This document shows positions 34,147 through 44,423 of a stretch of DNA of 64,000 bases, in pieces. Origin of the DNA: Syntrophorhabdaceae bacterium (GTDB lineage: Bacteria; Desulfobacterota; Syntrophorhabdia; Syntrophorhabdales; Syntrophorhabdaceae); assembly GCA_963665295.1 (NCBI GenBank), contig OY762209.1:1984001-2048000 (forward strand), written 5' to 3'. Made by a program: the position numbers and the translations under genes. Position 1 is the first letter of the stretch; every line of letters starts with the position of its first letter. The notes beneath the pieces are model-generated. The model saw only the letters and a program-made list of their open reading frames with translations. It ran no database searches and had not been told where the DNA came from.

Positions 34147-34430
34147 CTGTCGGATAAGATGGTCCAAAAGATAACCTGGGTCCTCAAGCTGGTATAGGAC
34201 CTGGAGATGGTTCCCTCCACCTATTTCAAGAAACTTGAGGCACTGATGATATATGGGAGTGCAGGATACAATTCGGCTCCCGGACTTAAAGGTTTCTCGG
34301 TTTCTTTTTCAAAAACTCTCTTATCATCCTTACCCATGGTTATTCGAAGAGGAGCCGGAAAACGCCGAGGAATGAAATAGAGCGTGCGGAGGCTTACAGG
34401 AAAGATTTCATGAGGAGGAATGCGCCATGA
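34147..34430 (+). pseudogene. RelE/ParE (Gp49-like) toxin pseudogene
   Basis: KITWVLKLV*DLEMVPSTYFKKL / frameshift / GTDDIWECRIQFGSRT*RFLGFF...LTHGYSKRSRKTP. Confidence 0.8.
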
Positions 34431-34702
34431 GCGACTTAGACAACTATATCGAGAAGAGAAAGAAAACGGATAAGAGGTTCGCCGAAGGATTCGACGAGGG
34501 ATATGAGCAGTTCAAGATCGGAGAGATTCTCAGACAGGCCCGTGAGGCGGCCGGTCTGACCCAGGAAGAGCTGACGAGCCGGGTCCACACGAAAAAGACC
34601 GCTATATCGAGGATCGAGAACCACGCAGAGGATATCAAGATATGGACTTTGAAGCGCGTCGCAAAGGCCCTGGGCAAACGTCTTGAGATCAATCTGATAT
34701 AA
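34427..34702 (+). CDS. XRE-family HTH antitoxin
   Basis: AREAAGLTQEEL...KTAISRIEN; ATGA-coupled to the toxin remnant. Confidence 0.85.
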   Translation: MSDLDNYIEKRKKTDKRFAEGFDEGYEQFKIGEILRQAREAAGLTQEELTSRVHTKKTAISRIENHAEDIKIWTLKRVAKALGKRLEINLI

Positions 34703-34951
34703 AAACCACCCGGGCCTTTCGGCTGCATAGCCTTTCTAAAGGTGACCACGTGGAATACCGCTAGTCCCAGTCCGATGTGCCAAGCCTGGATTTCACGGGG
34801 TAACGGACGGAAATGATGATTCCGGGTTATGAACCAGTAGTTTTGCGCCTGAAACCTTCCCTTCCTTGAACTGCCGAGGATTCCCCGGCAGTGGATACCC
34901 CTTCCGACTCGTCTTCCGTCCTGGAATATGCTACGGATGTGCCGACCGATC

Positions 34952-34994
34952 ATGCATCTTGACAGATATGCATTACTAGATCATACTTATGCAT
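34952..34994 (+). promoter_or_regulatory. sigma70 promoter and putative operator of vapBC
   Basis: TTGACA(34959)-17bp-CATACT; three ATGCAT palindromes overlap it. Confidence 0.55.
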
Positions 34995-35014
34995 ATGAAT
35001 TGCTGAGGTGATCC

Positions 35015-35206
35015 ATGAGAACAACGCTCAATATAGAAGACGATCTCATCGCCAAGGCGTCCAGCCTGACAGGGATCAAGGAAAAGACGTCGCTGGTCAG
35101 ACTCGGGCTGGAGGCTTTAATCGCAAGAGAAAGCGCGAAAAGGCTCGCCAAGCTGGGCGGAACGGAGAAGCAGTTGAAGCCTGTACGAAGAAGGACGTTG
35201 CCCTGA
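35015..35206 (+). CDS. vapB: VapB-family antitoxin
   Basis: MRTTLNIEDDLI...KTSLVRLGLEALI. Confidence 0.85.
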   Translation: MRTTLNIEDDLIAKASSLTGIKEKTSLVRLGLEALIARESAKRLAKLGGTEKQLKPVRRRTLP

Positions 35207-35210
35207 AGAT

Positions 35211-35585
35211 ATGGTCCTCGTCGATACTTCGATCTGGATATCCCACCTCCGTGAAGGCAACAACGAGCTCGCCGCCCTGCTCAACGATGGAGAGGTCGTG
35301 TGTCATCCTTTCATCGTGGGGGAGATCGCCTGCGGAAATCTTAAAAACAGAACGACAATACTTTCGCTCCTCCAAGCCCTTCCTATGGCCCTGGTAGGGG
35401 AGCACAAAGAGGTGCTCTCATTCATTGAAGATAATGACCTCATGGGGAAGGGATTAGGCTACGTCGATGTTCATCTCCTTGTCTCCGCCGCTTTGACGGG
35501 GGTTTCAGTCTGGACATTAGACAAGAGGCTGCGACAGGCCTCCGGACTATTGAATCTGGAGCACCAACAGAAAGAGTCGCGATGA
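35211..35585 (+). CDS. vapC: VapC PIN-domain toxin
   Basis: VLVDTSIWI, GEIACG, VDVHLL, WTLDKRL. Confidence 0.88.
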   Translation: MVLVDTSIWISHLREGNNELAALLNDGEVVCHPFIVGEIACGNLKNRTTILSLLQALPMALVGEHKEVLSFIEDNDLMGKGLGYVDVHLLVSAALTGVSVWTLDKRLRQASGLLNLEHQQKESR

Positions 35586-36175
35586 CGGGTAGCGGGCACC
35601 ATATTCCTTCCTTCAGTGCACACAAAGGGGGTGAGCGTGAGATATTCGTAACCCTGGAGATCCGTGAGGCGTTGCCCCGGATAGTCGAATATAATAAAGG
35701 GTACTCGAAATAAGCCATAGTACATACGGCAGCAATTGCGGGACGTAGCGGCAATAGGAGGCCGGCTTTACACCGCGAGCCACGGCCATACAGGCTGCCC
35801 AGCGGAAACTCAGGGAGCGCCGGCGAGCAGGGTTGGGTGAAGTCGAGGCGAAGTTGAGAGCGGCCTGTCTCTGCATGAAAAGGTGCCTGAGACGGCCCGC
35901 ATCCTTGGTCTTCCCGTTGCCATAGGGTATTACACTATGGCAATAATAGACGAAGGCCCGCCTGATAAAATAGGGTTTCCCTGATTGTATAGTGTCCACT
36001 TATCTGATTCTCTATACAGGTTGAGGTGGCCTCGATACATTCTGAAAAAAGTGTGGTTTCCCGATGGTGGAAACTTTGGGATGCACAGGGGCCGCCGCCG
36101 CGACGTGACGGGGATGACCTGATTCCGCAATCCTCTCCGGCACGATACTCTCATATCGAAAGGACGCAGCTTACA

Positions 36176-39100
36176 ATGAAAAATCCAAAGATTGCAGACA
36201 TCGACAAAGTCCTCATTATCGGATCCGGCCCCATCATCATCGGCCAGGCATGTGAATTCGACTATTCGGGCACCCAGGCGTGCAAGGCCCTCCGGGCCGC
36301 AGGCTACACCATCGTTCTCGTCAACTCCAATCCTGCAACGATCATGACCGACCCGGGCATGGCGGACGTGACCTATATCGAGCCGCTCACCGTGGAGGTC
36401 CTGGAGAAGATCATCGAGCGGGAGAAGCCGGACGGGCTCCTCCCGAACTTGGGCGGCCAGACAGGGCTCAACCTCGCGTCCGAGCTTTCGAAGCGCGGCA
36501 TCCTCGAAAAACACGGCGTCCGGATAATAGGGGTCCAGGCGGATGCCATAGAGCGGGGCGAAGACCGGAGCGAATTCAAGAAGACCATGAACGCCCTGGG
36601 TATCGACATGCCCGAGAGCGCCCTTGCCTATTCTCTGGACGAAGCCCTCGCGATTGCGGGACGGCTCGGTTATCCCGTGGTGGTGAGGCCCGCCTACACC
36701 CTGGGAGGCACGGGGGGCGGCATCGCCTACAACCAGGAAGAGTTGAGGACGATCGCGGGCAGGGGAATCGCGGCCAGCATCATCGGGCAAGTGCTCATCG
36801 AAGAATCGGTCCTGGGCTGGGAGGAGCTCGAGTTGGAGGTCGTCCGGGATGCCGATAACAGGATGATCACCGTCTGCTTCATCGAAAACATCGACCCCAT
36901 GGGCGTCCACACGGGAGATTCATTCTGTTCGGCACCCATGCTCACCATCTCGGAAGACCTCCAAAAGAGGCTTCAGGAATACTCCTACCGCATCGTGGAG
37001 GCCATCAAGGTAATCGGGGGGACGAACATACAATTCGCCCACAACCCGGAGAACGACAGGATCGTGGTTATCGAGATAAACCCCAGGACGTCCCGCTCCT
37101 CGGCCCTCGCGTCCAAGGCCACGGGATTCCCCATAGCCCTTATCTCGGCGAAGCTGGCCGGGGGGTACACGCTGAAGGATATCCCCTATTACCGGGGAGG
37201 TACCCTCGACCAATACACTCCGTCGGGGGATTACGTGGTGATCAAGTTCGCCCGCTGGGCATTCGAGAAATTCAGGGAGGCGAAGGACAGGCTGGGGACC
37301 CAGATGAAGGCGGTAGGTGAGGTAATGAGCATCGGAAAAACCTACAAGGAGGCATTTCAGAAGGCCATAAGGTCACTGGAGATAAAGAGGTACGGTCTCG
37401 GGTTTGCGGCCAATTTCCACGACCTGCCCCTCGAGGACCTCCTGAGGCTTCTCGCCGAGCCGACGTCTGAGCGGCAGTTCATCATGTACGAGGCACTGAG
37501 GAAAGGGGCGTCCGTGGAGAACCTCTACCGCCTGACGAAGATAAAGCGCTGGTTCATCGAGCAGATGAAGGAACTGGTGGAGCTGGAGGAGGCGATCCTC
37601 AAATACAAGGGGAAGAAGGTACCCGACGACCTGCTCGTGAAGGCCAAGGAAGACGGCTTTTCCGACCGGTACCTTGCTGCCATACTCGATCTGCCCGAAT
37701 CAGATATCCGGGAGCGCCGGATCCGCCTCGGAAAACCCGAAGCATGGTGCACCGTGCCGGTGAGCGGGGCCGATGCGGCGTACTATTACTCCACGTACAA
37801 TGCGAAGGACGAGGTGTCCGTGAGTGACAGGAAGAAGGTTATGATCCTGGGCGGCGGTCCGAACAGGATCGGCCAGGGCATCGAATTCGATTATACCTGC
37901 GTCCATGCGGCCTTCACTCTTCGCGAGATGGGATACGAGTCCATCATGGTGAACTGCAATCCCGAGACCGTATCCACGGATTACGATACGTCGGACAAAC
38001 TCTATTTCGAGCCCCTGACCGTGGAGGACGTTCTCAGCATCTATCAGAAAGAGAAGCCTATCGGGGCGATAGTCCAGTTCGGCGGGCAGACTCCTCTCAA
38101 TATCGCCAAGGAACTCGAAGATGCGGGCTTGACCATACTCGGCACCTCTCCTGAAAGCATCGACCTCGCAGAGGACCGGAAGCGGTTCAGCCAGGTGGTG
38201 AAGAAGCTCGGCATTCCCCAGCCTGAAAGCGGGACTGCCACGACTCTCGAAGAGGCTCTCGTGGTGGCAGGGCGTATCGGCTACCCCCTCATGGTGCGTC
38301 CTTCCTACGTCCTGGGCGGAAGGGGCATGGAGGTGGTCTTCGACGACGCCACCCTGACGGCCTACGTGAATGCCGCGGTCGATATATCACCGGGCCGTCC
38401 CATACTGATCGACAAGTTCCTCGAAAATGCGATAGAGGCGGAGGCTGATGCCGTGGCCGACGGGGAGGATGCCTTCGTGCCCTCCATCATGGAGCACATA
38501 GAGCTTGCAGGGATTCACTCCGGGGACAGCGCGTGCGCCATCCCTCCCAGGACCATCCCGGAGAAGCACAGGGCAACCATAGACCTCTACACGAAGAAGC
38601 TGGCGATCGAGCTTAAAGTCATCGGCCTCATGAATATCCAGTATGCCATCGCGGAGGACACCGTGTACATCCTCGAGGCAAATCCGCGGGCAAGCCGCAC
38701 GGTCCCCATCGTCTCCAAGGTTACGGGGGTCCAGATGGCGAGGATCGCCACCAGACTTATGCTCGGCGAAAAGCTCGCCGACATGAATCTCTCGCAAAAG
38801 CGCTATTCCCATGTGGGTATCAAGGAATCCGTATTCCCCTTCAACATGTTCCCCGAAGTAGATCCAACCCTTGGCCCGGAGATGAAATCAACGGGAGAGG
38901 CCCTTGGCATGGCCCCCTCCTTCGGCCTGGCCTTCTTCAAATCGCAGGAAGCGGCAGGCCAGAGGCTCCCCGAAAAGGGAACGGTCCTCATCTCGGTGAC
39001 GCCGAAAGACCGCCCCGAGATCCTGCCGGTGGCCAAATCTCTCAGGGAACTGGGGTTTGCCATAGTAGCTACGGAAGGCACCCACAAGTTCCTGGCCGAA

Positions 39101-39385
39101 AACGGTGTGGTATCAAGCGCCATCAGCAAGGTCCACGAGGGGAGGCCGAATATAGTGGATGCAATTCACAACCGCGAGATACAACTGATCATCAACACTC
39201 CGACGGGCAAGAACAGTGTCCATGACGATTCCTATATCCGCAAAACGGCGATCAAGTACAAGATCCCCCATATAACGACTACGGCGGCGGCCACGGCCGC
39301 GGCGGAAGGCATCAAGGCATATATCGCCGACAACCGCAGCACCGGCGTCAAATCGCTGCAGGAGTATCACCGGGAGATAGACTAG
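36176..39385 (+). CDS. carB: Carbamoyl-phosphate synthase large subunit
   Basis: IGSGPIIIGQACEFDYSG, two ATP-grasp domains, MGS C-terminus; start set at MKNPK. Confidence 0.96.
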   Translation: MKNPKIADIDKVLIIGSGPIIIGQACEFDYSGTQACKALRAAGYTIVLVNSNPATIMTDPGMADVTYIEPLTVEVLEKIIEREKPDGLLPNLGGQTGLNLASELSKRGILEKHGVRIIGVQADAIERGEDRSEFKKTMNALGIDMPESALAYSLDEALAIAGRLGYPVVVRPAYTLGGTGGGIAYNQEELRTIAGRGIAASIIGQVLIEESVLGWEELELEVVRDADNRMITVCFIENIDPMGVHTGDSFCSAPMLTISEDLQKRLQEYSYRIVEAIKVIGGTNIQFAHNPENDRIVVIEINPRTSRSSALASKATGFPIALISAKLAGGYTLKDIPYYRGGTLDQYTPSGDYVVIKFARWAFEKFREAKDRLGTQMKAVGEVMSIGKTYKEAFQKAIRSLEIKRYGLGFAANFHDLPLEDLLRLLAEPTSERQFIMYEALRKGASVENLYRLTKIKRWFIEQMKELVELEEAILKYKGKKVPDDLLVKAKEDGFSDRYLAAILDLPESDIRERRIRLGKPEAWCTVPVSGADAAYYYSTYNAKDEVSVSDRKKVMILGGGPNRIGQGIEFDYTCVHAAFTLREMGYESIMVNCNPETVSTDYDTSDKLYFEPLTVEDVLSIYQKEKPIGAIVQFGGQTPLNIAKELEDAGLTILGTSPESIDLAEDRKRFSQVVKKLGIPQPESGTATTLEEALVVAGRIGYPLMVRPSYVLGGRGMEVVFDDATLTAYVNAAVDISPGRPILIDKFLENAIEAEADAVADGEDAFVPSIMEHIELAGIHSGDSACAIPPRTIPEKHRATIDLYTKKLAIELKVIGLMNIQYAIAEDTVYILEANPRASRTVPIVSKVTGVQMARIATRLMLGEKLADMNLSQKRYSHVGIKESVFPFNMFPEVDPTLGPEMKSTGEALGMAPSFGLAFFKSQEAAGQRLPEKGTVLISVTPKDRPEILPVAKSLRELGFAIVATEGTHKFLAENGVVSSAISKVHEGRPNIVDAIHNREIQLIINTPTGKNSVHDDSYIRKTAIKYKIPHITTTAAATAAAEGIKAYIADNRSTGVKSLQEYHREID

Positions 39386-39392
39386 GAGAGAA

Positions 39393-39416
39393 GCGGCCCC
39401 CCGACCAAGGGGCCGC
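39393..39416 (+). terminator. Hairpin after carB
   Basis: gcggcccc-ccgaccaa-ggggccgc. Confidence 0.45.
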
Positions 39417-39615
39417 CCCCCCCATTTTCCGCCCTTCTTTCTCTTATCGGGGCGAAGGCACATGACCATATTATCCCGGACGGGCAGGCCACCGGCAAGG
39501 GCTTGGTCTCCACTACACCTGATTTTAACCGGCAGCTATTGTCATCATTAAGCTTTTAGAGCAAAAGTTAATGATTTTTCCTGAAAACGGGGGCAAACTG
39601 CGAAAGATGGGTTAG

Positions 39616-39642
39616 TGGCGGAAGTGCATAGGAATCGAACCC
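39616..39642 (-). repeat. att site: duplicated 3' end of tRNA-Sec
   Basis: tggcggaagtgcataggaatcgaaccc vs 54032-54058 tggcggaagtgcatgggaatcgaaccc (26/27). Confidence 0.9.
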
Positions 39643-39810
39643 CTACGCCTGCTCATAACGTGTTAATATCATTTAGAAAAATAGCGGACGCAACAAGCTA
39701 CGGAGCTTTTCCGGAACTATGTGACAGAGGACATAAGGAAGGACTCCCTGACCCGATGGGCGAATCCGGGAGGTAAGACGGGGAGGCAGGAAGCGTTTTG
39801 GTGTGAAAGG

Positions 39811-40188
39811 CTATTCTTTTATAAACCTCTCAAACGGGACGCCAAGGAGCGCTGAAAGTTTCCTGGCCATTCTCAGGCTGATGGACCGGCGTCCCTGTTC
39901 CATGTTGGAAATATGCTGCCGGGGAATTCCTCCAAGGGCCTCGCCCAATTGCACCTGCGTCAGCTTCTTGTTCTCGCGATAAATACGCAGGTATGTGCCT
40001 GGCGTCATCCTTTCCCTAACCCCCTTGTACCACTGCGTCTCAAAGACATCGACAAGGTCATCCGCGTCGTCCTCGACAAGGTCAAGATCCTGGCCGTATT
40101 CTTCCTTTAAGACATCTATCAGCTTCGGCGGGATCGCCACACCTTTGATGCTGATCTCGATATGGGGCGTTTTCACGACTGCCTGCAT
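39811..40188 (-). CDS. XRE/HigA-like HTH antitoxin
   Basis: LRIYRENKKLTQVQLG...QHISNMEQGRRSIS. Confidence 0.85.
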   Translation of the reverse strand: MQAVVKTPHIEISIKGVAIPPKLIDVLKEEYGQDLDLVEDDADDLVDVFETQWYKGVRERMTPGTYLRIYRENKKLTQVQLGEALGGIPRQHISNMEQGRRSISLRMARKLSALLGVPFERFIKE

Positions 40189-40420
40189 AATACACCTCTA
40201 TGATTAATGATCTATTCTCGCAATACCATCATGCAACCCATTTTCTGGCAAAGTGGCAATGATATGAATCCTTGCCGATCTTGCTGTAATTCGGCCATCC
40301 CGGTTGGACAGGACCGTTATCTCTCAAATCTTCTATCAGCGCCACCAGACTTTCCTGAACGGAAGCAGGCATTTTTTCTGCTTCCTTGAGAACCTTCCTT
40401 TTTACTGCAACACTGAACAT
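40160..40420 (-). pseudogene. RelE-like toxin with in-frame TGA
   Basis: GPVQPGWPNYSK...YHCHFARKWVA*WYCENRSLIIEVYYAGSRENAPY continues in frame past the TGA at 40229-40231. Confidence 0.7.
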
Positions 40421-40477
40421 ATTATATTGTAATCAATTATAGGTTACATGGCAAGGTTCGATCAGACGAGCCTACAA

Positions 40478-41350
40478 TCAATCAGCCAAATCCGGCAATA
40501 ACAACGGATGTTTGTCTTTTTCGGGCCAATCATCAAATCGCCAAAATTCCTTCTGTGTCCGATTCTCCCGTGCTTGATCAAGGGAAACAATTTTTACATA
40601 CTTCAAGTTTTCTCTCCAGTAATACGAATATGGTTTTTCCCTTCCGTTGCGGGAATAAGGAACAAGCCCGACCTGATTGCGCACGTACGCATCTGTCAAT
40701 TTCTTTTGTAGCCAAACGATATCCTTGTTTCTGTTTACGAATACGTGAATTCTGCTCTCAAAAATTAGACGATTTGTTCCTGAATATCGATTAGGGCCAA
40801 GATAGAAAAGTGGTTCGGAGCTGATGATGGAGGAATTTGCAGGCCAACGCCATTCTCGCTCATGCGTCCAATCCTTAGGGTTATCTTCGGTCGGTACAAA
40901 AACAACATATCGGTACTGCAAATCTATGGGTAAATCTTCCGGACGGAGTAGACGCTTTTGTGGCTCATATTCTTGATCATTTGCGCCCAATTCCTCTGCA
41001 TGACGCAGCCCATAAATAACGGGCAATCCGCCTGCCGCATATACATCGCGCTTATCTATAAGAATCCCATATCCCGACATAGCTTCCTGATCATTCCTAT
41101 CATGAAGGTATTGAGTAAACGCATTAAGGGGCTGCTCGGAAAAGCAGACTGCAGGATGAGGCCCATATATAGTGGGTCTCAATGTCCTAGGTTGACCGAC
41201 TCTTCGCTTTGCAAATCCCGGTCGGAGTACTCCCTCTTTGAGGATATTATGTAGCACATCCCGCGCATTAAGCTGTTCCGTTTCCCGAGTAAAGTGAAGA
41301 AGCCAGCAGGTCATATCCTGACGATTCCGAAGAAGGCTTTCAATACTCAT
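40478..41350 (-). CDS. DUF4427/AbiGi-like protein, putative ADP-ribosyltransferase fold
   Basis: LLHFTR, TIYG..PAVCFSEQP, GGLPVIYG, DWTHEREWRW. Confidence 0.65.
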   Translation of the reverse strand: MSIESLLRNRQDMTCWLLHFTRETEQLNARDVLHNILKEGVLRPGFAKRRVGQPRTLRPTIYGPHPAVCFSEQPLNAFTQYLHDRNDQEAMSGYGILIDKRDVYAAGGLPVIYGLRHAEELGANDQEYEPQKRLLRPEDLPIDLQYRYVVFVPTEDNPKDWTHEREWRWPANSSIISSEPLFYLGPNRYSGTNRLIFESRIHVFVNRNKDIVWLQKKLTDAYVRNQVGLVPYSRNGREKPYSYYWRENLKYVKIVSLDQARENRTQKEFWRFDDWPEKDKHPLLLPDLAD

Positions 41351-41457
41351 TTGGCACCATTCACGGCGTTATTCTTCATGTATCTACACTATATACATCA
41401 CAGAATATGATCCTTATCGCATTGACCGAGAGAAATCGTAAATCCGGCATCGATAGA

Positions 41458-44103
41458 TTACTGTGTGACCTTCGCCTTTATCGCTCCCCAGTCTTTGCCT
41501 TTAGGCATGATGAAAAGGCAAGTGCCATTGCTTTTTAGCTCCCAAAGCTCGCCCAACCGCCGTTTTTCTTTGGAATCATCATTGCTGTACCTGTCGGTGC
41601 CCTTGTACTCGACTACGAGATATCGACCGTCCTTCAGTTTACACACGAAGTCAGGATAGAATTTGTCTGATGACGTTTGGAGCCAGAAAGACAACGCCGA
41701 CTGCCGCTCCAGGTTACGAACCCAGATTTCGACTTCCTCCATTTGATCGATGAATTGGGCGCACATGAATTCTTCGCCTTTGTCATCCAAATCGCCCACC
41801 TTTGGATAGTAATGTTTCGAAAAGGAATCAGATGCCGGGCAGGGAGATCGGGCTGGATACTCGGGTCCGTAAGAGAAGGCTCTTTCAGGAGTGACCTCGA
41901 TTTCGGCTCCGCCATCAAAAAGCATTTCCTGATACATTTTGGCGCGGGTCTGTTGTCGACACCCCTTGAGTTTTTCTTCCGCTATCTTGCGGAGAATAAA
42001 TCGCTTTCTCACCAACTGGCTCAGAGCAATACTCCTGTTATCCACGAGGTCGCCAACCATGGCGGCTAGGAACCGCTCTTTTTCATCTGGGGTAAGTTCG
42101 ACTAACTCCTTTTCTTTCAAATTATAATCGAGCCAATAAATAAGCTGAGCATCTGTCCAATTATCGATTACCTCAATTAGTTGCAGCTGCTTATTTAATT
42201 CCGGGATGAATCGTGATCTAACCTTTCCTTCCTGTCCGATGTCTATTTCGCCGAAGAGTCCTTTTTCGGCAGCGATAAGTGACAATTCCTCATCGTTGAG
42301 GCATGGGTTATAGTTCTCTATTTCCCAACCTTCCTCCAAAAGATAATCGTCCTCAAACAATTCAAGTTGTCCGTCTCTCCTTATACACAGCATCGGCACC
42401 TGGAAAGAAACCCCTCTTTCTGATGGACTCTTGACGATTCCCATAGCTTCTTCCCGATGCTCCCTAACTGCATCGGCCCAAATTTTCCGGGAATCCTGCA
42501 TGAGCAGGTTTTCCCTTACTTCCTTCTCCTCTTCCTGAGTCAGCACACCTTTTATCGCGATGGTCTTTTTCTCAGCGTCAATCTCTATCTTCGCTTGAAC
42601 CTCAGGAGACAATCGCTCTATCAATGGCACATCAACCAGCGCAACTTTCATAGGCGGCGGGTTTACGTATACTCTCGGAGTCACGAGCCCATCTAGCTTG
42701 GGTTGAACAGGTTTTATGAATTCCTTGGCTTCAAGCTGGTTGAAACCATTCTCTACAAGTGCATCGACGAGGCTATTGGCCGCTTCTGCAAAGTTTCTGG
42801 ATGTGACAAAAGCATAAGCGCGGTTCAAGTCCTTAATAGTTCTCTCTCGGCAATTCGGCAGACGGAGAACCCGCCCCAGTATTTGCTCCACTGCCCCTAC
42901 GGAGCGTTGTTCGGTGACTGAGCAAAGAACATAGGCAAAAGGACAATCCCATCCTTCGCGAAGCGCTTGTACGGTAATAATGAATCGGATAGGGCAATCC
43001 TTTGCAAACAGATCGACGTCATCGAGCCCCCTGTCTTCTCCGGTGGCCCGGGTTACCTGATCGGCAGGAATACGGTGATCTTCAATGAGGCTTTTTTCAA
43101 CAACGTCAACTGTCAGTGTCTCATGTCCTTGCCTGCGGGGTTGCGCCTGGATCAGCATAATGGGCCTGATATAGTCATTGGTCTTACGCTCTTCAATCTC
43201 CGCGTCTTTTTCAAGCTCCGCACGCTGGGCGATGGCGTCTGCTAAGAGAGCCTGCCAATCTGTGAGAGCCTCAAGCCGGATAGGGAGCTTAATCATGTAT
43301 TCAGCTTTAAGTTCCGCCGCCGAAACACTGTGAAGAACGTTGCTCGGACTCCTCACACTATCAGGCGTCGCAGTGAATTCCACGATGGCCGATGGCCGAA
43401 ATCGGGCCAGAGTTTCAAAGGAAAGGTCTGTCCGGGCGTTATGTGCCTCATCCACAATGATCAGGGGACGATGAATGCGCATAACGTTGGCCAGAGAGTA
43501 GTCAATGACGCCGTTCTCATCTTTGTTGAGAAGATCAAGAATCTCACGGGGCAGGTTCTGAAAGTGGTGATGAAGAGCACCGGCACTCTCATATACTTTT
43601 CTACCCTCTTTATCTTCTACCCGAAAGGCCTGCAAAGTTGAGACAATAATTACGGTTGATGACAGAACCACGCCTTGCCTCAAACGAAGCGCCTCTTCAA
43701 CATCCATAATCTCGACGTTATCCAAGGTCGAATCGAGCGCTTGTCGATAGGGATGACTTCTATCCCGAAGCGCGTTAATTGTCTGTGTCCGAATTATATT
43801 TGACGGCACCAGCCAGAGAACTATGGAATGGTCGACCTTAAGATAATCTCTATTCGTTACCGCTATGGCGTGACAGGCGAGCAGCGTTTTTCCGCCGCCA
43901 GTAGGAAGACGCAGGCAGATGTATGGAATGTCAGCCAGTTCTGATGGCTCGCTAATGGGACGATATGGGATACCTCGTTCCCAAAGGGTTCTGGTGGTTT
44001 CGTAAAATGCAGAATCAGCATCTTTAAGCCGGTCACAGGCCAGAAAGTAGCGTCTGAGGGAATCAAGCACATTTTCCTGATAGGTCTTGAGTTGGAGCAT
44101 CAT
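41458..44103 (-). CDS. Type III restriction enzyme Res subunit (SF2 helicase + PD-(D/E)XK nuclease)
   Basis: LPTGGGKT, DEAH, LREGWDCP, QILGRVLR, FYPDF...VEYKG; ATGA overlap with mod stop. Confidence 0.9.
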   Translation of the reverse strand: MMLQLKTYQENVLDSLRRYFLACDRLKDADSAFYETTRTLWERGIPYRPISEPSELADIPYICLRLPTGGGKTLLACHAIAVTNRDYLKVDHSIVLWLVPSNIIRTQTINALRDRSHPYRQALDSTLDNVEIMDVEEALRLRQGVVLSSTVIIVSTLQAFRVEDKEGRKVYESAGALHHHFQNLPREILDLLNKDENGVIDYSLANVMRIHRPLIIVDEAHNARTDLSFETLARFRPSAIVEFTATPDSVRSPSNVLHSVSAAELKAEYMIKLPIRLEALTDWQALLADAIAQRAELEKDAEIEERKTNDYIRPIMLIQAQPRRQGHETLTVDVVEKSLIEDHRIPADQVTRATGEDRGLDDVDLFAKDCPIRFIITVQALREGWDCPFAYVLCSVTEQRSVGAVEQILGRVLRLPNCRERTIKDLNRAYAFVTSRNFAEAANSLVDALVENGFNQLEAKEFIKPVQPKLDGLVTPRVYVNPPPMKVALVDVPLIERLSPEVQAKIEIDAEKKTIAIKGVLTQEEEKEVRENLLMQDSRKIWADAVREHREEAMGIVKSPSERGVSFQVPMLCIRRDGQLELFEDDYLLEEGWEIENYNPCLNDEELSLIAAEKGLFGEIDIGQEGKVRSRFIPELNKQLQLIEVIDNWTDAQLIYWLDYNLKEKELVELTPDEKERFLAAMVGDLVDNRSIALSQLVRKRFILRKIAEEKLKGCRQQTRAKMYQEMLFDGGAEIEVTPERAFSYGPEYPARSPCPASDSFSKHYYPKVGDLDDKGEEFMCAQFIDQMEEVEIWVRNLERQSALSFWLQTSSDKFYPDFVCKLKDGRYLVVEYKGTDRYSNDDSKEKRRLGELWELKSNGTCLFIMPKGKDWGAIKAKVTQ

Positions 44104-44423
44104 TTCACCCTGATCTGATATGGAATCTGCCGAAAAACAACATTCTCCTTTTTGAGCCGTGCAATACTCAAGCGGCACGCTGTGCCGTAAATAACTTTTG
44201 AACCGTCATGAGGCGGCAGGTCGGCAAGGACTGTCCGAGTCAAAACATTTCCGCCACTGGGCTTCTTATCCTTCAAGACGCCGTTATACAGCAGATAGAT
44301 GGCACAGTCATTGTGTGTGCCGATCAATGGGCGCCTATCTTCATTACCCTCGGAAATGGGTTCGCCAGTCTCCGTAAAATATACGTGTCTTGCAAGTTCA
44401 TCATAGGAGATGCGCGGGTTAAT
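44100..44423 (-). pseudogene. Type III Mod methyltransferase, C-terminal fragment
   Basis: INPRISYDELARHVYFTETG...YLLYNG...FRQIPYQI; cut at IS21 end. Confidence 0.8.

Noticed and set aside
35586..36025. Small ORFs between vapC and carB
   Set aside because: No RBS or motif support; overlapping alternatives are equally weak.
36026..36175. N-terminal extension of CarB
   Set aside because: Family similarity starts at MKNPK (36176); the upstream part looks non-coding.
39585..39715. c-di-GMP-I riboswitch (ggcaaac...gaaa, gacgcaa)
   Set aside because: Motif pieces are wrongly spaced and interrupted by the att site; no P2 stem.
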